From positions 7,101-71,100 of the IMG/VR virus record IMGVR_UViG_3300037245_001167: DNA of 64,000 nt; one strand, given 5' to 3'. How positions within the stretch are numbered: position 1 is the first letter of the stretch; each line of letters starts with the position of its first letter. Source of the DNA: a virus. Positions 30,334 through 39,236 of the stretch are shown piece after piece. Under the pieces are notes generated by a model. That model had not been told where the DNA came from. It saw only the letters and a program-made list of their open reading frames with translations, and did not search any database. The position numbers and the translations under genes are program-made.

Positions 30334-30789
30334 ATGTTGTGGACAAATAGAGGAAAGTTTTTGATGTTCGACTGGGTATTTCGCGCCGAGGCGATGCCGA
30401 CCAATATGTATGTGGTTTTATGCACTGACGCTGATACGCCAACGGTAGATATAAACACGCTCGGCGAGCTGACTGAAATTGCAGATGGTAACGGATACAC
30501 GGAGGGCGGTTATGAACTAACGCCGGGGGCTGGTGACTTCGACGTGATAACCGAAGACGATACACTCGATAAAGCAATCGTGCAAATTAAAGACCTCGTA
30601 TGGACTGCGGTTGCCGGGCCGATACCCAGTGCAGGCGACGGTGCGAGGTATGCTATACTGACCGACGACAACGGTGTAGTGGCTAACAGGCAGGTGATAG
30701 CCGCGTGGGATTTAGTGACTGCAAGAGAATGTACGGATACGCATACGATTACATTGCAAGATTGTGAATTACAAGCAATAGAACCATAA
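30334..30789 (+). CDS. Small tail-associated protein
   Basis: TNRGK, E...GNGYTEGG, VWTA..G.I, RYAIL.D. Confidence 0.55.
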   Translation: MLWTNRGKFLMFDWVFRAEAMPTNMYVVLCTDADTPTVDINTLGELTEIADGNGYTEGGYELTPGAGDFDVITEDDTLDKAIVQIKDLVWTAVAGPIPSAGDGARYAILTDDNGVVANRQVIAAWDLVTARECTDTHTITLQDCELQAIEP

Positions 30790-30807
30790 TTAAATAGAGA
30801 GAACATC

Positions 30808-31113
30808 ATGGCTAAGAATAGTAATGGAACGACGAGAAAGATTTTATTTGCAATATTAGTCGCAGGCTTTGCGATATCAATAGCCGCCGTTGTCTGGGAC
30901 GCCTCGCACAAGAGCAGTTCGATTGAAATAAACAGAAAGGATATTGATGTTCTGATTCCGAAGGTCGAAATGATTAAGGAGTCATCTCAGGAATATCGGT
31001 ATAAGATAGATACGCTTGAGACGAAGATGAATGAGTTGAATCTCGAACAGAAGGCACTCAGAAGGGATCAGCAGACAGGATTTGATAAGATATTGGATAG
31101 GTTACCAGAATGA
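30808..31113 (+). CDS. Single-TM coiled-coil protein (holin- or spanin-like)
   Basis: N-terminal hydrophobic helix plus coiled-coil, at the end of the tail module. Confidence 0.4.
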   Translation: MAKNSNGTTRKILFAILVAGFAISIAAVVWDASHKSSSIEINRKDIDVLIPKVEMIKESSQEYRYKIDTLETKMNELNLEQKALRRDQQTGFDKILDRLPE

Positions 31114-31487
31114 AAAAAGAACGGTGCAAAATAATAATGAATAGCTACGGAAAAGAACTAATACTCGACTTGCACGAATGCAAAAATATGGATGTCGATA
31201 CCCAGGAATTTTGCGAGGAACTTGCGGATCTGGTCAATATGCAAGTTGAGGACTATCACGCCTGGGAGTCCGAACCGGATGAGCCGAAGGACCCGAAAAC
31301 TTTCGGCAAATCGGCCATACAGTTTATTTTGACCAGCAATATCACAATCCACATATTGCCTCTACTGGGCAACGTGTATATAAACCTGTTTAGCTGCAAG
31401 GACTTCGATCAGGACATTGCAGCTAAATTCTGCGAGCATTACTTCGAAGGATTTATAGTTTCACGATATTGCATTGAAAGGCTATGA
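31110..31487 (+). CDS. speD: S-adenosylmethionine decarboxylase proenzyme
   Basis: YGKELILDL..C, QFILT-SNITIH (self-cleavage Ser), YINLFSCKDFD. Confidence 0.8.
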   Translation: MKKERCKIIMNSYGKELILDLHECKNMDVDTQEFCEELADLVNMQVEDYHAWESEPDEPKDPKTFGKSAIQFILTSNITIHILPLLGNVYINLFSCKDFDQDIAAKFCEHYFEGFIVSRYCIERL

Positions 31488-31488
31488 T

Positions 31489-32496
31489 ATGAATGTAGTT
31501 ATGATAATACCGACAGGTATCGGATGTAAGATCGGCGGTCACGCGGGCGATGCGACGCCGGCGGCCAAACTGCTCGGGGCCTGCTGTGATAAACTGATTC
31601 TGCACCCGAACGTCGTTAATGCTTCCGACATTAACGAGATGCCGCTGAATGCCCTGTATGTCGAGGGCAGTATTCTTGATAGACTTCTTGAAGGCACAAT
31701 CCAGTTAAGAGAAGTCAGGCAGAACAGAATATTATTGGCGGTCAATACCCCTGTACGAAATGAGACAATCAATGCAGCTTCGGCCACAAGATCATCTATG
31801 GGAGCGGATATAAGGATTATAGAGTTAGAAACACCATTAAGAATGGTGGGCAAGTTCAAGGATGGTAAGGCAACTGGAGATGTGTATGGCTGGGAGGAGC
31901 TTGTTGAGCAAGTCTGGAAGTATGAATTTGACGCACTTGCTATATCATCGGTTATAGAAGTAGCTGATGATGTCTGTTTGGAATATTTCAAAGAAGGTGG
32001 AGTGAATCCGTGGGGCGGTGTTGAGGCAAAGGCATCGAAACTAATAGCATCGAAACTCGATATGCCGGTAGCTCATGCGCCTGTCGAAGGATCGAGCAAC
32101 GAAACGCAAAATGAAATATTTTATAGTGTAGTCAATCCAGCTATGGCGGCTGAGGCCGTAAGTAATTGTTATCTTCACTGCGTTCTCAAAGGATTGCATC
32201 GTGCACCCCGGATCGGAAAGGGTTTGTCCGTCGATGATATTGATTGTCTGGTCACGCCTGTAGGCTGCGTAAGTAGGCCACACCACGCCTGTATAGAAGC
32301 GGGGATACCGATTATAGCGGTCAAAGAGAACACGACGGTTCTGAACGATCCGATACCGGACGAGTTCATATTTGTAGAAAACTATATCGAAGCGGCGGGG
32401 CTTCTGATGGTTATGAGGGCTGGAATATCGGTCGAATCGGTAAGGCGGCCTTTGGAGAAAACAGAAATAATAAGAACTAAATTAGATAAGGAGTAA
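31489..32496 (+). CDS. DUF3326-family protein
   Basis: IIPTGIGC.IGG.AGDA, LILHPNVVNA, YVEG..LD, GV.P.GGVEA..S, AAEA, CVL.GL..AP, AVKEN.T. Confidence 0.85.
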   Translation: MNVVMIIPTGIGCKIGGHAGDATPAAKLLGACCDKLILHPNVVNASDINEMPLNALYVEGSILDRLLEGTIQLREVRQNRILLAVNTPVRNETINAASATRSSMGADIRIIELETPLRMVGKFKDGKATGDVYGWEELVEQVWKYEFDALAISSVIEVADDVCLEYFKEGGVNPWGGVEAKASKLIASKLDMPVAHAPVEGSSNETQNEIFYSVVNPAMAAEAVSNCYLHCVLKGLHRAPRIGKGLSVDDIDCLVTPVGCVSRPHHACIEAGIPIIAVKENTTVLNDPIPDEFIFVENYIEAAGLLMVMRAGISVESVRRPLEKTEIIRTKLDKE

Positions 32497-32522
32497 AAGA
32501 AAGAGCCTTCCTCCTTTCGTAG

Positions 32523-32553
32523 CGGTCGGCGTCTCCGGCATCGGCCGTTTTTA
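32523..32553 (+). terminator. Intrinsic terminator ending the late operon
   Basis: CGGTCGGCGTC-tcc-GGCATCGGCCG followed by TTTTT. Confidence 0.6.
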
Positions 32554-32562
32554 TATAATAAA

Positions 32563-32596
32563 AAGATTTGACAAATCTTAATATGTTTGATAAGAT
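32563..32596 (+). promoter_or_regulatory. Sigma70-type promoter with operator-like palindrome over the -35
   Basis: TTGACA (32568) N17 TAAGAT (32591) with TG extension; AAGATTTG-A-CAAATCTT palindrome at 32563-32579. Confidence 0.6.
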
Positions 32597-33012
32597 AAAT
32601 AGAATGGATAAGAAACGAATACTTGAATTACGAAGTAAACTCGTCCAAATCAACAAGGCCATTGTAGATGTCAATAATCTCCTTCTCGAAGAATTCCAAG
32701 AACAAGTGGGTTTTATAGACTGCGGCAACGGCTGTAAGATACCAAAGCCTGATTTCCCAGACAGGGTATTTTCCCATAATGACGATATTTCCTAAATAAG
32801 AAATAGGGGAATAACAGGAAAATGAAGTATATAGGATTGACATACCCCAAATTGTTTGACAATCGAATTGTTAGATGGCTGTGGAAAAAATATATGTGTC
32901 CTAACGGGAAACACCTGTTAGACGAAACGGAGTCTCTGGATCACTGGTATTTTTCCTGCGATGCCTGCAATCTTGAGGTACATATAGACCATGTTGATGA
33001 TAGGTATGTAAA

Positions 33013-33279
33013 ATGAAGCCGGTTCTCACTCATACATTTAACGGACGCAAGTACAAGATTACGATACGCCCCCCTCTTGACGGCATGTGCAGCCAGTACA
33101 ATAACGAGCGGGAGTTAATTATTATGGAGTCCCTGCGAACCAAGAACGGCCTTATAACAGCCATACATGAATCGCTTCACGCTGAAAACTGGATAGCTAA
33201 AGAAGATACCGTTGATAGGGTATCAAGGGAAATCGGTACATTCTTATGGCGAATCGGCTATAGGTGGCGGCCTGAGTAA
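33013..33279 (+). CDS. Small HExxH zinc-metallopeptidase-like protein
   Basis: AIHESLHA..E..V. Confidence 0.5.
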   Translation: MKPVLTHTFNGRKYKITIRPPLDGMCSQYNNERELIIMESLRTKNGLITAIHESLHAENWIAKEDTVDRVSREIGTFLWRIGYRWRPE

Positions 33280-33371
33280 GTATAAATGCAAATGTGGAAA
33301 GGATGGATTCGTTGATGTAATTCACGGGGATAATCGGTATCCCTGCAAGCAACATTATCTGGAGCTGCGTA

Positions 33372-34421
33372 ATGCGAAACATAGACACAGAAAGCAAGAT
33401 AAAGAATTTACTCGAAAATGGGGCGACTTCTCGGCAGATAGTGGAAGAGATCGGCTGCGGCCACGGGATGATTTCGCGGCTCAGAAAAGAAATGAAGGAG
33501 TTGTCGCCCGACCACCCTAAGCCGGCGTTTGATTCTCCGCCACGCAACCCCATTGATCCGGTAGATTTCTTGCGGCAGGCGGCGAAGAGAACGTCAACGC
33601 ATACTATCGACAAGGATGTTAGAACCATTAAAATAGCTGCTACCAAGCCCATAGCGGTAATGAAAGCAGCAGACCTGCACTTCGGTGGGCTGGATGTCGA
33701 TTATGCCGCTCTACAAGCTCACGTAGAGTTTTTGCTGAATAATGATAATTTCTATTTACAGCTTTTCGGCGACGACATAAACTTGATGATTATGCATCAC
33801 ACGACCTCGGCACGACATGATGGCTGGACGCCGGAGGAGCAGGTTGCTTGGCTGGAATCGTTCGTGAATAAAATGCTCGAAAAGGGCAAGTTGATTTCTA
33901 TGGCTTCCGGCAATCATTCAGATGAATTCACCGAGCGCAATGCCGGATTCGGCTTGGTTCGGATGCTAATGAAAAAGAAAGTGCCGTACTTTCGTGGGCT
34001 TGGATATATTCATCTTGTGGTCGGCAAGCAGACTTATCCGATGGCATTTGTTCACAAGACGCGATTCAATTCTTTTATGAACCAACTCCACGGTGCCAAG
34101 CGAATGCAGCAATTGCACACGGAGTTCTTCGGGTCAAACCTACCAATCGCCAAGGAATATATCACTGCCCATACCCACAACCCAGCTTATTCAGCGGAGG
34201 GATGCCTGCCGGAAGAACGGATATGGTTCTTGAAATGCGGGACGTTTAAGACGAACTGTCTGTACTCACAGAGATACTTTGGGCAGGGACGAATCGGCGT
34301 GCCAACGGTGGTCTATCATCCTGATAGATTTGAGCATGTTTGTTTCCCGACGCCGTGGGAGGCGTATCGCTATATGCACGGGACCGATTACAAACGAATC
34401 ACAAACGACATCGTGACATAA
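33372..34421 (+). CDS. HTH plus calcineurin-like metallophosphoesterase
   Basis: N-terminal SRQIVEEIGCG..ISR; DLH, GDD, GNH, H and AHTH metal ligands. Confidence 0.8.
   Translation: MRNIDTESKIKNLLENGATSRQIVEEIGCGHGMISRLRKEMKELSPDHPKPAFDSPPRNPIDPVDFLRQAAKRTSTHTIDKDVRTIKIAATKPIAVMKAADLHFGGLDVDYAALQAHVEFLLNNDNFYLQLFGDDINLMIMHHTTSARHDGWTPEEQVAWLESFVNKMLEKGKLISMASGNHSDEFTERNAGFGLVRMLMKKKVPYFRGLGYIHLVVGKQTYPMAFVHKTRFNSFMNQLHGAKRMQQLHTEFFGSNLPIAKEYITAHTHNPAYSAEGCLPEERIWFLKCGTFKTNCLYSQRYFGQGRIGVPTVVYHPDRFEHVCFPTPWEAYRYMHGTDYKRITNDIVT
34401..34419 (+). repeat. 19-bp direct repeat, left copy (right copy 37162-37180)
   Basis: ACAAACGACATCGTGACAT exact in both places. Confidence 0.85.
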
Positions 34422-34523
34422 AACTTCGCTAATTTTCTTTGAATAAATCTTACTAAATAATCATCGTTTTTAGCCCAGTATCCACGATTTTGCAGGTATT
34501 TTCACATTCTCGTAAAGTTCTTA

Positions 34524-34552
34524 TTGACAATAGTCGATAATAGTTATATAAT
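34524..34552 (+). promoter_or_regulatory. Perfect-consensus sigma70 promoter (early)
   Basis: TTGACA N17 TATAAT. Confidence 0.9.
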
Positions 34553-34779
34553 GTTTAATAGAATTGAAAAGTAAATAATATGAAGCTAATAAACAAGAGC
34601 TTGCAAGCGGGGCACTGAGAGCCAAAAGCCTAACCCGCAAAAGTCTGGAAAACGCTGCTGACGATGGCCGGGCGGAAAACGAAGGCAAGGGGATCGAAAG
34701 ACGCGACACCGGGCAGGCAACACTGTCCGGACTCATGTTTTTTGACAATCAATACCAACTTCTTTTAAGGGGTTAGAAA

Positions 34780-34992
34780 ATGGAAACTACACAAAAAGAA
34801 ATCGAAGCAGGTATCAAAACTGTATTGGCAGTAGCCGAAGCAATCAAGAGTTTGGGTTCGGTTCCATCGGGTCATCTTTACGCAAGAGTCATGGGATTCT
34901 TGTCGCTGAGTCAGTACAATCAAATCATCGGCATACTCAAAAAACAAGGGCTGATTGAGGAATCATACCACGAACTTAAATGGATAGCATAA
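34780..34992 (+). CDS. Small early protein (winged-helix-like)
   Basis: RBS aagggg; GSVPSGHLYA..L...GLI. Confidence 0.6.
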   Translation: METTQKEIEAGIKTVLAVAEAIKSLGSVPSGHLYARVMGFLSLSQYNQIIGILKKQGLIEESYHELKWIA

Positions 34993-35052
34993 GTCGAAAC
35001 GCCCTCCGGGGCGTCTGCGGGATTGGCAACCCGTACTGAGGAGACACGCCAA
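34993..35052 (+). ncRNA. Type II hammerhead ribozyme with pseudoknot
   Basis: GTC-GAAAC-GCCC(tccg)GGGC-GTC|TGCGGG(attggcaa)CCCGTA-CTGAGGA-GAC; full core (CUGANGA, GAAA, GUC); loop TTGGC pairs with 3' GCCAA. Confidence 0.9.
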
Positions 35053-35077
35053 ACAATCGAATCGAAAGGGGTTAAAA

Positions 35078-35461
35078 ATGGACAAGAAAGAAACAATCAA
35101 TCAAATACGCAAAGCACTCAAAAGAAGGTCAGGAAAAAGTTGGAGCGTTACGGGCGGAAGTGGCACGGCATGGGGATGGCTTAACATCACGGCACCACCC
35201 AAACACTGCACAGGCCATGCAGTACAAATACAGGGAAGCATGGGCATGAATCCAGAAGATTTTGAGTACAAGGACACTGGCGAGCTGAATGGCAATATGA
35301 CGCCGACAGATCAAACCGAACTTGGCAAGTTGCTGGGGCTTGATAAACCAGTACATTTCCAGGGCGAAAGCATCCCGGCTGGCCATGACTACTGGCAGGA
35401 ATATATCGACAGAGCCGAGGGACGGACGCCGAGCGTTGTCGGAAAACAGTATTGGGATTAA
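35078..35461 (+). CDS. Hypothetical early protein
   Basis: Strong RBS gaaagggg; first gene after the ribozyme. Confidence 0.65.
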   Translation: MDKKETINQIRKALKRRSGKSWSVTGGSGTAWGWLNITAPPKHCTGHAVQIQGSMGMNPEDFEYKDTGELNGNMTPTDQTELGKLLGLDKPVHFQGESIPAGHDYWQEYIDRAEGRTPSVVGKQYWD

Positions 35462-35541
35462 AAGACAAGACACCGGGCAGAAAAACATCGCTGCTCGGAC
35501 TCATGTTTTTTGAAACTATAACTTTTTGAAAGGGGTTAAAA

Positions 35542-35826
35542 ATGACACGCGAAAATATCAGACAAAAGATTTACGATTATATGTTGCACAAAGGAGCTGA
35601 TCGGTTTTGGGCGAATGCAGCACTGAAGCATATCATGCTAAACTTTGCCGGCAACACTTTCTGGCTCGCAGATATCAGAGATCCCAAAGTAATCATCGGA
35701 GCCTATGGGATGATTAACAAGTTCACTGTAAAATGTTCGATCAATACCGAATCGCAAAAAGTGGATGGCAAGCTGATTTATACTTTCGGTCACGGCCATA
35801 AGGTACGGGTTACGGAAACGAAATAA
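35542..35826 (+). CDS. Hypothetical early protein
   Basis: RBS gaaagggg. Confidence 0.6.
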   Translation: MTRENIRQKIYDYMLHKGADRFWANAALKHIMLNFAGNTFWLADIRDPKVIIGAYGMINKFTVKCSINTESQKVDGKLIYTFGHGHKVRVTETK

Positions 35827-35859
35827 AGTCGAAAACAATCAAATTGAAAGGGCAAGAAA

Positions 35860-36063
35860 ATGACTAAAAAAGAATTACTCAAAGCAATTAAATCTTGCAA
35901 TCAAGTCTTTGCTTGTACCAGACTAACCGATAATGATATGTTTGACCTTCAAGTCACGAAAGTTGATTTGATTTGGAAGGTCAATCAATGCGATACCGAA
36001 ACATGGACTGAAGATCACTTCAATGCTTGGATTGATAAGAATAACAATCTTCGTCTTGGATAA
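35860..36063 (+). CDS. Hypothetical early protein
   Basis: RBS gaaaggg. Confidence 0.6.
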   Translation: MTKKELLKAIKSCNQVFACTRLTDNDMFDLQVTKVDLIWKVNQCDTETWTEDHFNAWIDKNNNLRLG

Positions 36064-36662
36064 CGAAAGTCGAAACGCCCTGCACGGCACGCAGGTTCGA
36101 CTCCGGCACAGGGCCTTGCGATGATATATTAACGATAGGGGCGGCATAATAGTCGCCTCTATCCTTTTTAACGCCTCAGACGGGGCGTGGGACTTGAAAA
36201 GATGGTATATTATGAAAACAAAAAAGAAAAAACTCAAGGGTAGAAAACGCCGAGCATTTGACCTTGAAGCGTTTAACCAAGTGAAATTTCGTCAAGAGGT
36301 GATGTGGAAAGAAGCTAAGTTGCGGCAGGCATTCCCTGACCGACAGAAACGGAAAGAGTATATAGCTGCACTGATCAACGGGCTTGAGACTGAGCCTATT
36401 TTAGAGCAATGGCCGGACATATAGTCGGGTGCAACCGAGATCGTCGCTCAGGCGGCGGCATAGAGAATCGAAAGGAGTTAGAAATGAAACGAAGCCTGTC
36501 GTATTGGAAGGCCAGGAAGATTGACATCCGCAATTGTATTGCCGCTGCTGACAAGAGGTCGTCTTACTGGGCCGATTTATGGAATGCCTACCGCTTTGCC
36601 AGCCGCAAAGTCGAGCAGGTGGAACGAAAGATATTAATCAGACATATTTGAAAGGAAGTAAA

Positions 36663-36902
36663 ATGATCGAACCATATATTCTGCCATGCATAGATTTCAG
36701 AAACCGGCTCATCGCCGAGATGAAACGGCAGGGCATCAGCATCCCAAAAATGAGCAGGCTGGTGGCCTGCAATCAGCAGACTCTATACAACTATTTTGCT
36801 GGTCGAACGTCGATTGGCTCCAATCTTCTGGCCGCAATCCTGAGCCAGCTCGGTGGGCAGTTATCGTTTGAAAACCGGACAAACAGAAGTAGTCCGAAAT
36901 AA
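36663..36902 (+). CDS. XRE/Cro-like HTH regulator
   Basis: MKRQGISI.KMSRLV.CNQQTLYNYFAGRT.IG..L..I...L. Confidence 0.75.
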   Translation: MIEPYILPCIDFRNRLIAEMKRQGISIPKMSRLVACNQQTLYNYFAGRTSIGSNLLAAILSQLGGQLSFENRTNRSSPK

Positions 36903-36927
36903 CTAAGTGTCCGATCAGATTTTTTTG

Positions 36928-36956
36928 TTGACAATTATTTCAAGATGTATTACTTT
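36928..36956 (+). promoter_or_regulatory. Putative sigma70 promoter
   Basis: TTGACA N17 TACTTT. Confidence 0.45.
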
Positions 36957-37112
36957 GTACTTTTCTTATGAGGTTTTAGTATGAGGTTTTAGGAAGACTT
37001 TGAAAACCTGAACTTTTTTGAAAGGGCAAAATTATGGTTGTGCACAAATCATGCTTTGTTAAATTAATAAGATAGTCAGCGCCGGGAGATCATCTTCCAA
37101 ATACAGCTTACT

Positions 37113-37149
37113 AAGCCGCCTCTGAGTTTTGGGGGCGGCTTTCTCTTTT
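37113..37149 (+). terminator. Intrinsic terminator
   Basis: AAGCCGCCTC..GGGGCGGCTT followed by TCTCTTTT. Confidence 0.7.
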
Positions 37150-37161
37150 GCTAAAAAACGG

Positions 37162-37180
37162 ACAAACGACATCGTGACAT
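37162..37180 (+). repeat. 19-bp direct repeat, right copy
   Basis: Identical to 34401-34419. Confidence 0.85.
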
Positions 37181-37471
37181 CCGCACGCTCAGATAAAAAA
37201 TAAGTTTTTCGTGTAATCTATCCCCTTGCCACACAAAGACTTACGAGGCGTTGCTCCAGAATTATTTCTTTGCTCTTGATTTTTCGCCAAATTTTGTTTA
37301 AGATATTTCCGTAAGTTAATACTCTTTTAGGATTAGCAGTATGAGAAGTCGGCAATCCACAATTCGGAACGAAATTTACCAACAATATCCCGCCCTCAGC
37401 CCATCCGAAAGCCCGACTTCTCACTTGGTCTTTTACGAGGGCGGGTTTATTTTTAAGAAAGGATAAGGATT

Positions 37472-37870
37472 ATGAGCCAATGGACACACGTAAATGGGGC
37501 TATAAGATATGATGCACTACGCATAGAAGGGATGCCTTTTAATACACTCGAAAGTTACAAAGAGCTTCTCGGCAATACGGCCTCTTTTGACGATGATGAA
37601 AAAGCGTGGGATAAATGTAATGTTCCATCTGGTTCTGAGGGGAGTATTCAATTTAATTTCTGGAAAAATCCTGATTTACATCATATAGCAGCTTTCGGCG
37701 TGCATATTTTTGGTGACTTACGAGATTTCGGCGACGATGAGCAAGTCGAGCGCATAAAAAAATGGTTCGAGAAGGTAACAACAGCAAAAAACGTCATAGT
37801 TCGTAGTGCTATTCTTGAAATAGCCGTAGAAGGAAGTGAGCCTATTATTTTACAGCATAAATCCGAGTAA
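37472..37870 (+). CDS. Hypothetical phage protein
   Basis: RBS aagga; MSQWTHV.G..PSGSEGS..I.GDLRD. Confidence 0.65.
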   Translation: MSQWTHVNGAIRYDALRIEGMPFNTLESYKELLGNTASFDDDEKAWDKCNVPSGSEGSIQFNFWKNPDLHHIAAFGVHIFGDLRDFGDDEQVERIKKWFEKVTTAKNVIVRSAILEIAVEGSEPIILQHKSE

Positions 37871-37899
37871 CCCCCAGACCAACAATAAAGGGCTAAGAA

Positions 37900-38271
37900 A
37901 TGAAGAAATTGACCTTAAACCAAACATGGACATTATGCCTTAGAATGTGGAAGTGGATAGCTTCTGTATGGAAGAAAGGAGACTACGTTCCCGACCTCAA
38001 AAGAAAATGGCTCAATGAAATAGCAGACGAGAAATATCTTCTTTGGAATAACTGTTTTTTTTGCGAGCGAGCCGTGTCGCAACGTCCGAGCAGAGATGAT
38101 GCACATCCAGAAGATTATATTAAAGGTGATGGTTGCGAAGATTATTGCCCTGGCACAAAAATAGATAAGCATTTTGATTGTGATAGTAGAGAATATGGTT
38201 ATCGTGTAAATCCCCCCGCTTTCTACGCCGAACTCCTCCGCTTAAACCGTATCAGGAAGGGCAAGAAATGA
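37900..38271 (+). CDS. Cys-containing hypothetical protein
   Basis: CFFCE, C...CP. Confidence 0.55.
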   Translation: MKKLTLNQTWTLCLRMWKWIASVWKKGDYVPDLKRKWLNEIADEKYLLWNNCFFCERAVSQRPSRDDAHPEDYIKGDGCEDYCPGTKIDKHFDCDSREYGYRVNPPAFYAELLRLNRIRKGKK

Positions 38272-38494
38272 GCAACTTTATAGCTAAAATGCAAATACTG
38301 ATAAGAAAGAACAAAACTCTCCAAGCCACAAACGCCACCCTCATCAAGCAGAGGGATGATTTGAAGGAAGCGCTGGAAACAATAAAAAAAGGAGAAGGTG
38401 CGTTTTCACGAGATAAATTAACACACGCTGAAAATGTCATAAAATCAATACAAGAGATAGCCAAAGCCGCCCTCGCCCAATGCAAGGAGAAACC

Positions 38495-38902
38495 ATGAGT
38501 AGAGATATAAAGTATCGATTATGGCATATAGCAGACAAGAAATATTACATTGTATATTGCCTTCAATTCTCTGATGAATTTGACGAGCCTCTTAATTACG
38601 AAGCTGCGCAGATACGCCGTAACGACGAGTGGGAATGGATTGAGAAAGACACTTATATTCTTGAGCAATTTACCGGACGCAAAGACAAGAACGGAAATCC
38701 AATCTATGAAGGGGATGTGGTTAAAAAAGATGGAAAAATTTACGTTATCCGATATAGCCAGCATTGTTTTGATTTAGCGTGTAGCACTAATGATTGGCCA
38801 AAACGACAAGATGGATATAGTTATTATAGCACATCATGGGATGATATTGAGATAATAGGAAATATTCACGAGAGCAAGGAGTTGATTGATGGGAACGATT
38901 AG
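38495..38902 (+). CDS. yopX: YopX-family protein
   Basis: RDIKYR.W, LEQFTG.KDKNG..IYEGDVV, EIIGNIHE. Confidence 0.9.
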   Translation: MSRDIKYRLWHIADKKYYIVYCLQFSDEFDEPLNYEAAQIRRNDEWEWIEKDTYILEQFTGRKDKNGNPIYEGDVVKKDGKIYVIRYSQHCFDLACSTNDWPKRQDGYSYYSTSWDDIEIIGNIHESKELIDGND

Positions 38903-39236
38903 CCCTCAATGTAGAGCAGCCAGCATTAAAGCCCGTAAAGGTAAGCATTCCGGTAACTGGAAAGGTGGTCGGATAAAAGATAAGGTGGGGTATATTCTTT
39001 TATACAAACCCGAACACCCAAATGCGGTATCTGGCAGAACGCACGGATATGTTTACGAACACAGGTTTATTATGTCTGAATATTTGGGCAGACCGTTGAC
39101 AAGCAAAGAATTTGTTCACCACAAAAACGGAGTTAAAGACGATAACCGTTTGGAGAATCTTGAATTGCTTTTACACAATGTTCACCGGGGCAAGGTTGAA
39201 TGCCCTTATTGCCGGAAGGAGTTTACGATACGATGA
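38886..39236 (+). CDS. HNH endonuclease (NUMOD-type)
   Basis: NWKGG..GY..HP..GYVYEHR..M...LGR.L...E.VHHKNG.K.DNR.ENLEL. Confidence 0.88.
   Translation: MMGTISPQCRAASIKARKGKHSGNWKGGRIKDKVGYILLYKPEHPNAVSGRTHGYVYEHRFIMSEYLGRPLTSKEFVHHKNGVKDDNRLENLELLLHNVHRGKVECPYCRKEFTIR

Noticed and set aside
23556-30789. Diversity-generating retroelement targeting tail genes
   Set aside because: No reverse transcriptase and no template/variable repeat pair seen.
36085-36114. tRNA gene
   Set aside because: Only a GGTTCGACTCC T-arm-like motif; no D arm, anticodon arm or acceptor stem.
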